Shown: positions 1-12,945 of the stretch, piece by piece
Numbering within the stretch: position 1 is the first letter of the stretch
How the letters are laid out: each line of letters starts with the position of its first letter
NCBI GenBank assembly: GCA_964016885.1
Contig: OZ024755.1
Span: 32,984,001-33,048,000, forward strand
Origin: Eledone cirrhosa
Taxonomy: Eukaryota
DNA: 64,000 bases
Direction: 5' to 3'
The notes under the pieces: model-generated
What the model saw: only the letters and a program-made list of their open reading frames with translations
What the model was told of the DNA's origin: nothing
The model's database searches: none
Made by a program: the position numbers and the translations under genes

Positions 1-213
1 AACTGGAAGGACAAACGAGAGAAATTAAATAAATACAATTGTCCCTCGGTATCCGCGGTGATTATGTTCTAAGAGGATCCCTGAAGAGTGAAAATCGCGA
101 ATATTGGACGTAGTCCAGATGTCTATAAACCCTAAAATATGAATTAAAATATAATAAAAAAAAAAGAAGCCATAAGGCGAAAGGGGGCGTCCAATAGGCC
201 GGTAAATACGGTA

Positions 214-550
214 TCATCATCATCATCATCATTTTACGTCCCCTTTTCCCTGCTTGCAAGGGTGGGACGGGAACTGATTCTGGCTTGATTTCTACAGCTG
301 GATGCCCTTCCTAACACCAACCTAATTTACCTAATTTACAGTGAGTGCTGGGTGCTTTTTTGCTATGGCACCTACACGTCCACTTTACAGTGGGATGATA
401 GGGACCCCGGTCCCTATCATCTCATTTCTACAGCTGAGTAAACTGCAGCAATGTGAAATAAAGCATCTTGCTCAAGGAAACAACACATCGCCCGGTCTGA
501 GAATTGAACTCACAATCTTTCGATTGCAAGGCCAATGCTCTAACCACTAA
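214..550 (-). mobile_element. SINE family A (tRNA-derived head, conserved central domain, RTE-like tail ending in (ATG)n)
   Basis: Reverse complement of the same ~340-bp consensus seen at 12593, 15169, 18550, 22739, 45882 and 63318. Confidence 0.85.
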
Positions 551-715
551 GTATATTGTTATTAATAATTTAGCATTAAAGGAATATATATTGCCACGAA
601 AAAAAAGCCATAAAAAACACTTTGAGAACGTTTGGAACTGTCTTGGAAAGTTAAACTATCAAAGAATCATCAAAGGAAACAAGAATACCGCGGGGTAAAG
701 AAGGTGCTTGGAATA

Positions 716-930
716 TTGGTTTCTTATATAGGCCAGCAATTTTAGGGGGAGGGGAAAGTCGATTAAAATCGACCCCCAGTGCATGACTGGTACTTGATTT
801 TATCGACCCCATAAGGATGAAAGGCAAAGTTAACCTCGGCGGGATTTGAACTCAGAACGTAAAGGGAGGTAACTCTATGCTGCAAAGCATAGTGACTGAC
901 GCTCTACCGATTCTGCCAACCCACCGCCCT
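716..930 (-). mobile_element. SINE family B (tRNA-like head, Nin/Deu-like domain GCCTTTCATCCTT..GGGGTCGATAAAAT..AGTACCA)
   Basis: Matches more than 20 other copies in the window; flanked by a 13-bp direct repeat GGTGCTTGGAATA (703-715, 931-943), a probable TSD. Confidence 0.85.
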
Positions 931-1090
931 GGTGCTTGGAATAATACAAGCTCTGATTGGTGAATCAACAACGGTGTGCCACTAGTTTCTATGTAACATA
1001 ACTGCCCATTTTAAAGGGTTCCTAAGTAAATGAAATCTCCCAACATAATTTTATACGAGAACCATAAGTTATGTTTCAAATACCAACTTA

Positions 1091-1470
1091 ATAATTGATT
1101 CTACATTTGGCACAAGGCCAGCAATTACCCAGTGCATTACTGGTACTTTATTTTATTGAGCCCCGTAAGGATGAAAGGTAAAGTTAACCTAGGCAAGATT
1201 TGAACTCAGAACGTGAAGGGCCGTAACTCTATGCCACTAAACATGTTGTTCGGCGCTCTACCGATTCTGCCAATCCACCGTGTGTTGTAAGATAATTGTT
1301 TCTACTTTTGGCACAAGGCCAGCAACTGCCAGTGTATTACTGGTACTTTATTTTATTGACCCCGCAAGGATCAAAGGCTAAAGCTAACCATGGCGGGATT
1401 TGAACTCAGACTGTAAAGGGCCATAACTATGCTGCAAAGCATGGAGTCTGACGCTCTACTCATACTTCCA
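1091..1470 (-). mobile_element. Two tandem SINE family B copies
   Basis: Consensus repeated at 1091-1280 and 1293-1470. Confidence 0.8.
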
Positions 1471-1544
1471 ATGAACTAATTTTAGTAAATGCTTCCAAAT
1501 TCTTCATTAATTAATTCAAAAACAGTGTTGTATTTTTTGTTTTT

Positions 1545-2225
1545 TCAGAAATATGGTAATGAGAGGATTAAACAGTTAAAGACTTCTCATTTCAGGCTGG
1601 ATAAGGTTATTGTGGAACTGGAATCACGATTTAATGATAAAGACATACACTCGGCTATATCTCCAATATTCAAATGAGAAGTATCATTTTGTTGCATCAT
1701 CATCATCATCATCATCATTTTACGTCCGCTTTTCCCTGCTTGCAAGGGTGGGACGGGAACTGATTCTGGCCTGATTTCTACAGCTGGATGCCCTTCCTAA
1801 CACCAACCTCATTTACAGTGAGTGCTGGGCGCTTTTTTTTCCGTGGAGCCTACACGTCCGCTTTACAGTGGAATGATAGGGACCCCAGTCCCTATCATCT
1901 CATTTCTACAGCTGAGTAAACTGGAGCAATGTGAAATAAAGTGTCTTGCTCAAGGAAACAACACATCACCCGGTCTGAGAATTGAACTCCCAACCTTTTG
2001 ATTGTAAGCCCAATGCTCTAACCACTAAGCCATGTGCCTCAGAAAGGGAAATCTACACAAAATGTTTCAAAGACAACTAACTATAGCTGCTGTTTGATAA
2101 AAAATGTGCCTCAGATTATAGGATGCTGAGACTTAGAACATAACTGTAAATACAGTCGGTTGCTATGAAAATAGCTTATAAAAATCAGGTTAGAGAATCT
2201 AAACGCTATCTGAGAGATATTGTGT
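1545..2225 (+). pseudogene. Degenerate hAT-like transposase C-terminal remnant, interrupted by a SINE
   Basis: LDKVIVELESRFN before the SINE; after it PQ..RMLRL..TVNTVGC.ENS..KRYLRD across frameshifts and stops, resembling the hAT dimerisation motif. Confidence 0.4.
1696..2040 (-). mobile_element. SINE family A
   Basis: Full-length match to the family A consensus, (CAT)n tail. Confidence 0.85.
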
Positions 2226-2439
2226 TCGATTTTTCGTAGTGGCTGTATGCATGTCTGCAAGCATGCATGTGTAGGTATGGATGTTATTGTATGTTTTGAG
2301 TTGTATATGTGCATGTGCATACGCTTTGTATCTGTACATGTCTATATGCAGTTATTAGATGCAAAATTTTTGGAATGTTTTACATATTTGTACTGTTCCA
2401 TTAATGGATTGTAAATATTCTCCTTTTCGCTAATCTTTG

Positions 2440-3385
2440 ATATGATATTGGCATCTGCTGTATGTATATGTCTTCCACATTGCTTTTAATGTGTTTATCA
2501 TTGGGGCTATCTTTTCTAAGGATTGCATTGTATGGTGTTTTGGTCACTACATCATGCCTCATAGGTAGATAGTACCGCGATGACATCTTTGGACATGTGC
2601 TTATGACATGGGTGACATCTTCGATGTTAATTTTGCAGAGTCTGCACTTGTCACATCTAGGTGTTTTGCCTGCATCCCTATCTCTTTTGTGAATCAGGTA
2701 TTTCGTGTTGATTTCCTGTTCTTGGATTGCAAAAGCGTATCCTTCAAAGTGGGAGCCAATATAGCGGTTGTTGGTCCAAGATAGACTACTTCCCTTATCT
2801 ATATTACTCTCACTCTGGAGCTTCCTGGCAACATATCCATGCATGATGTTTTGCTTATAAGCATGCAGTTTTTCATCCTTGGATTCACTGCGGTACTGCT
2901 GAGCGACTTCCCTGGGTGTGAGTTTTGATTATCACACAAGGAATATCTTTCAAGGCGTTCCTTCCCAACTCTCATGATCTTATCTGTTTCATGCAGATAG
3001 ACTTGCTCGAGAGACGGGCTCCTACGCTTCGAGGTTCGTAGTTGTTGTCGGAGGAATATGATGCAACATTCAAATGCTGTCTGGACTGATGTTAGGCCTC
3101 TGCCTCCCTGCTTACGTTTCAAGTAAAGGCGGTCTATGTCACTGTTGATGTGGAAGTTTTTGGTGTTGTTTAATATTTTTCGAGTTCCAACATCAACTGC
3201 TCGGATTTCGTCTAATGTCCAATTGAGTATGGCAAACGTTGGTGTTAGGACAGGCACAGCAAACACATTGTGAGCCACTGTTTTGTTGTGCGCAGAGAAT
3301 TCCGATGACCATATTTTTCTTAATCGGGTGTAGTATCCCCTGGTTACATATTCCTTATTACAGATACTATTATAGGATATGTTCT
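2440..3385 (-). mobile_element. R4/Dong-like (RLE-type) non-LTR retrotransposon fragment: RT thumb and CCHC knuckle, frameshifted
   Basis: ORFs 2799-3278 (RLYLKRKQGGRGL) and 2401-2844 (AIQEQ..CRLC..EDVTHVISTC..RHD). Confidence 0.8.
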
Positions 3386-3530
3386 CATCTCTCTCTCTAT
3401 ATATATAAAGAAGAAGTTAAAAGATGGTTAAAAAAGTTCCATATATTTTATTATGCGCATTTCAAAAACAACATCATCGTGGGCACTTTCTTGTTGACAA
3501 GTGTTTTTAGACCTCATATCATGTTACCTT

Positions 3531-3598
3531 ATTTCATCTGATGAGAACACGATTTTTGTCCCAGGATGATGTTGTTTTCGAAATGCGCATAATAAAAT
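3531..3598 (+). ncRNA. Minimal type I hammerhead ribozyme motif
   Basis: ATTTCAT-CTGATGA-stem II-GAAA-TGCGCA-TA-ATAAAAT; palindromic loop 3. Confidence 0.65.
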
Positions 3599-3602
3599 AT
3601 AT

Positions 3603-4078
3603 AGACCTCACACACTTACACCTCTCCAAGACAATGTCACTGGAGCGAGACCTTTGGTGGTACTCAGTAACAGAGAAGACCCGCCTTACCTAAATACATA
3701 GTAAAACCTACTACAGCCAGTAGGCATCTCTAAAAAAATACCCCCCGTCCCACCACCCCACCCCCACCCCATCCACACCACCCCGTTCTATGTAAAGTTA
3801 TGTTGGTGCCACACCATCCAGGCCGAAACAAATGAGATTGTGTAGGTGTCACGACAAAAAAACACACAGTCCACGCTGTAATGTGGCCGTGTAGGCAACA
3901 CGGTAAAAACCTCCCAGACCCACACTGTAAATGTGGTTGGTGTTAGGAAGGGCATCCAACTGTAGAAAACCTGCCAGACAGTCCTATGCGAGCAAGACAA
4001 TCACTCTTGCCTCAAGTGGGACTACCCCCGTCCAAACCCATGCAAGCGTGGAACACAGACGTTAAACGTTGATGATGA
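3603..4078 (+). mobile_element. 5'-truncated RTE LINE 3' end
   Basis: Homologous to the 3' end and UTR of the RTE at 58183-59225; ends in (GAT)n. Confidence 0.75.
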
Positions 4079-4192
4079 AACTTTTTTAACCATCTTTTAA
4101 CTTCTTTATTTATACTCCAGTTCTACCAACTGTTGAGTGCTACTTATCTGATATATGCATAGTCTTATTGTTCTACAATATTACTCACATCC

Positions 4193-4249
<57 letters not shown>

Positions 4250-4514
4250 TATGCTAACATGGAAAATCAGGCATAAAATTATGATGATATCAATATTTTA
4301 TACACCGCCTTCCATCACCACACACTTGATATCTCTCGTCTTCTCATTCCCATTTCATATCCTATCTTAATAATTCCTAATCCCCCCCCCCCCCCCCACC
4401 TCTCTCATCCAATCAATGTTGCATTCTCCTTCATCTTATTTCTGTTTATTCATTCACTTTCCAGTCCCCAATTAACATTTTCCTACATCATTTACTTTGA
4501 CAATATTGTTATCG

Positions 4515-4547
<33 letters not shown>

Positions 4548-4919
4548 GCTTGTTTTCCCCTAATTTAAACAGATATTGAAAGATATTTAAGCTTCAAAAT
4601 CTTATCAACAATTGTCCAACATATCATTGTTGTATTATTACATTGCTTATTTCTTTGGCAGAAACGCTGCCATTTTTTTTTTCCTGGATTTTAATAATTG
4701 CGGAGGAAAATGATACTATATTAGCTCTCATCTTAAATAATGAAAAAAAAATGAAAAGTGTTTTGTTTTATTACTTTGCAACAATCAATAATTGTTAGAA
4801 TATTTCTATAAAATTCCATGTAGGGCATATTAATCAGCTTTATTCTATGGTTAACCAAACCTCCATTTCGAGGGAGGATAGATGAACATTCATTAAGGAA
4901 GGGTTCATGAATAGTCTGA

Positions 4920-5115
4920 GATTTAAAGTCTGTCTTAAGCCAGAACGCTTGTTAGGCCGATGCTTATCCCGATTTCATGGCGTGAAGCGACAGAGAGTAC
5001 AAGACTCCCCCTGAATAGGACACTAGTTCATTACAGGGTTAAACCCCCAGCTATTACTGGTACTCATTTTCAGCTGAGTATACTGGAGCAACATGAAATG
5101 AAGTGTTTTGCTCAC
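4920..5115 (-). mobile_element. SINE family C (central domain plus AGACAGACTTTAGACT tail)
   Basis: Homologous to 29357-29570 (-) and 32630-32853 (+). Confidence 0.7.
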
Positions 5116-5428
5116 CCAGCCATATATATATATATATATCATACTCCAGGAATTGCTTACCTAGGAACTGTCTGGAATCGGCCACCCGAACACCACAACT
5201 AAGTAAACATCTTGTCGAGTCAAACAACGCCGAACGTTAGACCCATACAGAGTACTCATAACCTCTACTTGGGTTTCCTTAAACAATACCTCGTTAACTT
5301 ATATATATATATATATATATATGTTTGTATGTAGGTAAAAAATAAACAGAAATAACAACACAATCGGTACAGTATATGGAAGGAATATATTAGGTTAAGG
5401 CTTGAAATAGCAGGAAAAGGGTCTTAAC

Positions 5429-6128
5429 ATGTTTGAACCATTGAGTAATATACATTTTAATGGTAAATTCAATGTTTGAACCATTGAGTAATAGCTATTT
5501 TAATGGTAAATTCTATGTTTGAACTATTGAGTAATAACCATTTTAATGGTAAATTGTATGTTTGAACTATTGAGTAATAACCATTTTAATGGTAAATTGT
5601 ATGTTTGAACTATTGAGTAATAACCATTTTAATGGTAAATTGTATGTTTGAACTATTGAGTAATAACCATTTTAATGGTAAATTGTATGTTTGAACTATT
5701 GAGTAATAACCATTTTAATGGTAAATTCAATGCTTGAACCATTGAGTAATAACCATTTTAATGGTAAATTCAATGCTTGAACCATTGAGTAATAAACATT
5801 TTAATGGTAAATTCAATGTTTGAACTATTGAGTAATAAACATTTTAATGGTAAATTCAATGCTTGAACTATTGAGTAATAAACATTTTAATGGTAAGTTC
5901 AATGCTTGAACTATTGAGTAATAAACATTTTAATGGTAAGTTCTATGTTTGAACTATTGAGTAATAAACATTTTAATGGTAAATTCAATGTCTGAACCAT
6001 TGAGTAATAACCATTTTAATGGTAAATTCAATGTTTGAACTATTGAGTAATAAACATTTTAATGGTAAGTTCTATGTAAACTAGATGTTTGAACCACTGA
6101 GTAGTAAACACTTTAATGGTAAGTTCTA
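5429..6128. repeat. 43-bp minisatellite, about 16 copies
   Basis: Unit ATGTTTGAACTATTGAGTAATAACCATTTTAATGGTAAATTGT. Confidence 0.9.
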
Positions 6129-6359
6129 ATGTAAACTGGATCCATTGTGGATGCTGTAAATTGTAAGTTCTTTGTAAGACTGTATCTATAATTCATTGAG
6201 TGATGAGCATTGTAAATGGATCTGTGAACAAATGGGTGATTAACACTGAATGTTCCCTATAAATTGGGAGGAACATGTCATATATACCATTGGTGATGTC
6301 ATTGCTGTGATCTGATACTTTAACTACCATCTACAGTAGAACATCATTTATAATCCAAT

Positions 6360-6555
6360 GGTGGCAGTGGATTGGCAGTATCGGTAGAACGTCAGACACC
6401 ATGCTTTGCAGCACAGAGTTATGGCCCTTTACGCTCTGAGTTCAAATCCTGCTGAGGTTAACTTTACTTTTCATCCTTACAGGGGTCGATAAAATATAGC
6501 ACCAATAATGCACTGGGGTAATTGCTGGCCTTGTGCCAAAAATAGAAACAATTAT
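6360..6555 (+). mobile_element. SINE family B
   Basis: Consensus match. Confidence 0.8.
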
Positions 6556-8045
6556 TTCTAATGCCTGAAGGAGGATCACTAAAAGGTATAAAGATCACAG
6601 AATCTCTTCAGATTAATTAGCCAAAGTTTTGTGTTGCTGCTAAGAAGAAAACCTATTGAATTGCCTGGCATTCTTGTAGTCATTATATCGTTGTCAGGTG
6701 AAAGTTAGTTATGGGGCAGTTTATGGTGGAAACTGAAGTTTTTATAGCAAGCAGCATTATGAAATTGAAGTAGAAGAGAAAAAAAGGGGGAGGGGGACAA
6801 CAAATTAAGATGATGGAAGCGAGGAGTAGGCGGCAGGGGAGTTGTTACTGTTATTGTTGATGATAATGATAATGATAATGAAGAAATGGTGGTGCCAACA
6901 TCAATGATGAGAGTGGAGGTGTGATGAGGAACTAATCAATGCTGTAAAGAAATCCTGCCTTTAAAATGAGAAGAAATCTGAAAATTGTCATTGGCAATTA
7001 TAAATACTAAATAACGCTAGAAAGTATAATTTTGAAAATGTTTATTAATCCTAACTAATTAAATCTCATAGCACCTTTCCACTGATAGGCTCTAAATGTT
7101 GATTGCTTTAAATATCTGATAAACTATCTTAATTCAACTAAACATGGCTCTGGGCATTTTGCATTAGAGGAAAACTTAAATGTCAGTATATAGAGAGTCA
7201 ATTTATTTTTAAAATATGAATGGATTTTCAAAAATAAATGAAAGAAATGAGCAATGTTATGATATGGTTATATCCTGTTCTTGAAATGGTAGGCCTTGTA
7301 GGGGTATTTAATAAATGATGAAAAAGTGTTTGAACAAGAAGTGTCTTCAGATGTAGGAGAACTAGAGTAGTAGTAACATGGTTCACAGTAGTAGATGGGG
7401 AGATTAGAAAGTGTAAGCACATGTATGATGGCTGAGTGGTTAAGGAGTTTGCTTCCCAGCCAGCTGGATTTGAGCTCAGTCTCACTGTGTGGCACCTTGG
7501 TCATGTATGTGTCTTCTAATATATCATTGGGCAGAGCAATGCTTCGCGAGGAGCAGAATTTTGTTATACTGAAAATTCGTTATAATGGAATTTTACCTGT
7601 ATATATATGTGTGTGTATGTGTGTGTATATATATATATATATGTCTGTTTAGGTTTGTGTCTGTGTTCATGCCCAGTAGCATAGCGTTTCGACAAAAATG
7701 AGTTCGATAATATATGCATTAGGTCGATATGATCACTTAAATAAAAGCAATGCCCCAGCATGACCACAATCTACTGACTGAATGAAAAGAATAAAAATAA
7801 ATTCTGTGAATAAATCCTTCCTTTAGAATGAGAAGAAATGTGAAAATTGTTGTTGATAAGTAAATAGGCTTATTAAATACTACTAGAAAGTGTCATATTG
7901 TAAATGTTTATTAATCCTAATTAAATCTCAGCACTGATGGGCTAAATGTTGATTGCTTTAATTCCTCATGTACTGTGTTGCATGAAACCACATTAGAATT
8001 AATTCTTATTCTTCGCCCACTTATTCATGAGAGGATCATGTAGCT

Positions 8046-8435
8046 AGAGTCCTCAAACACTCCATCCAACGGGTGTTGTCAGTAGCAACCGTCTCCAACT
8101 GATTTTGCTGAATCCCCGAACGTGACCAGCTGGGTTGTGGGGTTAGAGTCCTCAAACACTCCCTCCAGCAGGTAGCGGGTCCTGTCAGAAGCAACCGTCT
8201 CCAACTGATCCAGCTGGGTTCCCAAGCGCGACCAGCTGGGTTGTGGGGTTAGAGTCCTCAAACACTCCCTCCAGCAGGTAGCGGGTCCTGTCAGAAGCAA
8301 CCGTCTCCAACTGATCCAGCTGGGTTCCCAAGCGCGACCAGCTGGGTTGTGGGGTTAGAGTCCCCAAACACTCCCTCCAGCAAGTCCTGTCACAAGCAAC
8401 CACCTCCAATTGATCTAGCTGTATTCCCAAGCGTG
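8046..8435. repeat. 106-bp tandem repeat, about 3.7 copies
   Basis: AGAGTCC at 8145, 8251 and 8357. Confidence 0.85.
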
Positions 8436-8543
8436 ATCATCTAAGCCGATGGATGTTATCCAACGATTTTGCTCGGGGCCTACCACTTGGTCTCCTGCTG
8501 GTTGGTTTTGCCCGTAAAATCTGTCCAGCGATTCTAAACTCGG

Positions 8544-9362
8544 ACATTCTAACCACATGCCCATAGTATCAGAGCTGTGATCTCTCAATTCAGAGAAGTA
8601 GCAGCTCTACCTGGAGTGACTCTCCTGTGATTCTTTCCTGAAACATTCTAACCACATGCCCATAGTATCAGAGCTGTGATCTCTCAATTCAGAGAAGTAG
8701 CAGCTCTACCTGGAGTGACTCTCCTGAAACATTCTAACCACATGCCCATAGTATCAGAGCTGTGATCTCTCAATTCGGAGAAGTAGCAGCTCTACCTGGA
8801 GTGACTCTCCTGTGATTCTTTCCTGAAACATTCTAACCACATGTCCATAGTATCAGAGCTGTGATCTCTCAATTCAGAGAAGTAGTGGCTCTACCTGGAG
8901 TGACTCTCTGTGATTCTTTCCTGAAACATTCTAACCACATGCCCATAGTATCAGAGCTGTGATCTCTCAATTCGGAGAAGTAGCAGCTCTACCTGGAGTG
9001 ACTCTCCTGTGATTCTTTCCTGAGACATTCTAACCACATGCCCATAGTATCAGAGCTGTGATCTCTCAATTCAGAGAAGTAGTGGCTCTACCTGGAGTGA
9101 CTCCCCAGTGATTCTTTCCTGAAACATTCTAACCACATGTCCATAGTATCAGAGCTGTGATCTCTCAATTCAGAGAAGTAGCAGCTCTACCTGGAGTGAC
9201 TCTCCTGTGATTCTTGCCTGAGACATTCTAACCACATGCCCATAGTATCAGAGCTGTGATCTCTCAATTCAGAGAAGTAGCAGCTCTACCTGGAGTGACT
9301 CTCCTGTGATTCTTTCCTGAGACATTCTAACCACATTCTCGTAATATCGGAGCTGTGATCTT
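8544..9362. repeat. 99-bp tandem repeat, about 8.4 copies
   Basis: ACATTCTAACCACAT recurs at about 99-bp spacing (one 86-bp unit). Confidence 0.9.
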
Positions 9363-10162
9363 TCATCTAATACCTTTAATCTAATATATCGTATTTGACA
9401 TTGACGTGTCCACTAGTAGGGAGAGATAGATGCATTTAAATAAAAAAAAACAAAACATCAACTTATTTTTAGATGTTTTCTGCTAAATTTTAGAGGATGT
9501 TAAGAGTTAAATATCTGATAATCTATCTTAGTTCAACTAAAAATGGCTCCAGACAGTTTATATTAGAGGAAAAACTTAAATGTCAATTTATGGAGAGTCA
9601 ATTTATTTTAAAAATATGAATGGATTTTCATAAATAAATGAAGTAAACGAGTAGTTTTATGATACAGTTACATCCTGCTCTAGAAATGGCAGGTCTTGTA
9701 GGGATATTGAATAAATGATGAAAAACTATTTGACCAGGAAGTGGCTTTATCTATTAAAAACTGAAGCTGTTAAGGAAATGTCACACATTACAAGAATCAT
9801 CTCATTATCAAATGCCAGAGGAAAAAAGAAAGAAAAAGGACTGTAATCGTATGCAATATGTAACAATGGTGAGTTCGATATATTAGAACGAGATAAATAC
9901 AAACGCACAACACCAACAACAAAATCAAACTAAAATATTATGTGATATTGCATATATTGAATATGGTGGTACAATAATATTCATTTTTTAGATGATTGCT
10001 TCAAATTTTCTCTTCATGAACATTGCGACACCAAAGTTCTTGCCCTCCACTCCTCTTCTTTTTTTATTTCTTTTTCTCTTTTTTCTCTAAAATTTCCTAT
10101 TCTTTTTTTTCTTTTGTTTCCTTTTATTTTTTATTATTCCTGTTATTATTGTTATTATTATA

Positions 10163-10493
10163 AGTTCAAATCCCGCCGAGGTCAACTTTGCCTTGCATCC
10201 TTACGGGGTCGATAAAATAAAGTACCAGTAATGTACTGGGTAATTGCTGGCCTTGTGCCAAAAGTAGAAGCAACTATTATTATTATTATTATTATTATTA
10301 AGGGCGGTAGATTGTCGAACACAATGCTTTACAGCACAGAGCTACGGCCCTTTACAGTCTGAGTTCAAATCCTGCCGAGGTTAACTTTACCTTTCATCCT
10401 TACAGGGTCGATAAAATAAAGTACCAGTAACGTACTGGAGTCAATTTAATCGACTTTCACCTCCCCCTAAAATTGCTGACCTTGTGCAGAGAC

Positions 10494-10497
<4 letters not shown>
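10163..10497 (+). mobile_element. Two SINE family B copies in an (ATT)n tract
   Basis: Consensus matches separated by (ATT)n. Confidence 0.75.
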
Positions 10498-10527
<30 letters not shown>

Positions 10528-11186
10528 GTTCTTTGAGTCTCAGTCATTGTTGTTAGTTAACTGGAAAGTTTGTTGAAATGAACATCAAGCCACTACCTGC
10601 AGCCTCAGGTATTTAGGACGTATCGGAGGGCTCTTGCTGTTCCCAGCAAGCATGCCTTTTGAAGTGTTCCAAAAAGCGGGGCTGGACTAATTTTCTTTAA
10701 CCATCCTTGGAAACTTTTTAAGATAGTACCTAGTGCGCCTATGACAATCGAGACGACTCTGACTTCATGGCAGTTCCAAATCCTTTTTACCTCCCACTTT
10801 AAGTCCTGGTATCGGTTAATTTTCTCCCTCTCCTTCTCTTGCACTCTCGTGTCGAATGGGCAGGCTACATCCACAATCAGGCACAATCTTTTTTCCTTGT
10901 CCAAAACCACCTGGTCAGGCCTATTGTGTTCCAGTTTCTTGTCCATCTGTATCCTAAAATCCCATAGCACCTTCACTTGATCGTTTTCCATCACCGACTC
11001 TGGCTTATGCTCATACCACTTCTCAGAATGTCGTAAATTGTTTACTTTGCATAGGTGCCAGTGGATCACCCTGCCTATCACATCATGTATCCAGCCTTTA
11101 TAGTGAGTCTGGGCTAGGTGTTTACACTCGGATACAATGTGAGCCACAGTCTCCTCTCTCTCTCTCTCCACAGATCCTACACAGTA
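10528..11186 (-). mobile_element. R4/Dong-like retrotransposon 3' end (CCHC plus restriction-like endonuclease)
   Basis: ORF 10605-11171: ETVAHIVSEC..HD..WDF..RPDQVVLD..IVDVACPFD..K..RYQDL; 3' end abuts an (AAT)n tract. Confidence 0.85.
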
Positions 11187-12592
11187 TTATTAAGTCTCCC
11201 CCCTATTGGGGAATTTTTCATTGTTCTTTTATTACATCCTCTGTTTTTTTAATTTTTTTTTTACAAGCAGAAATACCCATTTATACCGTCCTGTATTGTC
11301 CTGTACTGTCCTTAATGTCTACTTTGTGTAAACCCTTGTGGTTAATAAAGAAAGCATTATTATTATTTTTATTTTTATTATTATTCTATAAATTGTAGTT
11401 ATTTACTAAACATTAAACTAGGACAAAAAGCTAGATAAACCTTTGTTAACAATGATTTCTTTATTGTTTGTTCAGGATGCCAGCCATGTGTAGCCATGTA
11501 GTCAAAGCAGCAGACGATAAAGCTTAAGAAAATTAATACAATTACAGCAGGATAATGAAGGGCTGTTAGACTTAACTTTAGACACAGCCAGCTGAGAGCT
11601 GACATGTGTTTGCACAAAAGAATACTGAGTATCTATTGACTTGTAACATGTTATGACAATGAGATGAGGAGGACATGGAAGAGTTGTTTTCAATGTTTGC
11701 TAAATGAATTCTAGGGGTGAACCAAAGCTAGTAACAATGAAAAACTAACTATTGCACCAGCTGTGTAAACTGAAGCAGAATATATTGGCATGGTAGAAGA
11801 GAGAGGAGAAAAGTGAAAGAGGGGAGTGTAATGACTATGTGAAATGCTTACAAAACTGATGCAAGCTTCATGGAGAATAGAAGAGCAATATTTGCTAACT
11901 GTATTTGTAAAATTGTATTTAGTATGACTATGATGTTTTAAAACTGACACATCGTTATGGATAATTGATATGGATAAACTTAAGACAGACAATTAAAATT
12001 GATTAAAATATAATGCCAGAATCTTATCGAAGCTTTTTCTCTATAGAAAATGTGTTAACATACTGATGTTATCAACAATTTGTCAATATTATGGCCATTA
12101 AAAAATGATACATATTCTTATATTTAATCTTTAAATATTTGATTTCAGGCTCCATTTCCATTCAATGATTCCTTTAGGTGAAAGTATAAAGTTAGTTATA
12201 TTTTTCTAGTTTTTTCTTTTTTTTGTAGTGGAGGGATATCAATCATTTAATAAAAAAAACTAAAAAAAAAAAACAGTAAAGGAAATCGAAAATTGCATGA
12301 TAGAATTACAAGATTGTTTTGTTTCAGGAATTTAGTAGAAAGAAACTGTGAAGAAGCCTGTCTTACTCTTTTATTATTTTACTGGTTTCCATCATTAAAC
12401 TGTTGTTGTGCTGTGGCACCATCTTTAATAGTGTTTCAAGATCATTCAGATCTCACCAAATATTTCAGTCCAGTTCTTGCTTTATTGATATATTTCGACA
12501 AAACTCTGGTTTTTGTATAACATAAGCACTGAGACACACATGCACACTCACATACAAATATATACACACAAATACATACATATTTATATATA

Positions 12593-12945
12593 TGGAGGCA
12601 CATAGCTTAGTGGTTAGAGCATTCGCCCTTGCAATCGAAAGGTTGTGAGTTCAATTCTCAGACCGGGTGATGTGTTGTTTCCTTGAGCAAGACACTTTAT
12701 TTCACATTGCTCCAGTTTACTCAGCTGTAGAAATGAGATAATAGGGACTGGGGTCCATATCATTCCACTGTAAAGTGGTCGTGGAGGTGCCACGGCAAAA
12801 AAGCACCCAGCACTCACTGTAAAATGAGGTTGGTGTTAGGAAGGGCATCCAGCTGTAGAAATCAAGCCAGAATCAGTTCCCGTCCCACCCTTGCAAGCAG
12901 GGAAAAGCAGACGTAAAATGAAATGATGATGATGAAATGATGAAA
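12593..12945 (+). mobile_element. SINE family A
   Basis: A-box-like T(A/G)GCTTAGTGG and B-box GAGTTCAATTC; inserted after a (TA)n run. Confidence 0.85.

Larger units (their letters stand above)
8005..9365 (-). mobile_element. RTE-like LINE 3' fragment with internal tandem expansions
   Basis: LINE-like 3' terminus ending CTAACCCCACAACC; an unexpanded relative lies at 57595-57765. Confidence 0.6.

Noticed and set aside
34-700. pogo-like MITE starting TACAATTGTCCCTCGGTATCCGCGG
   Set aside because: Only a partial right-hand match (ATACCGCGGGG near 685); TIR pair and TSD are not convincingly defined
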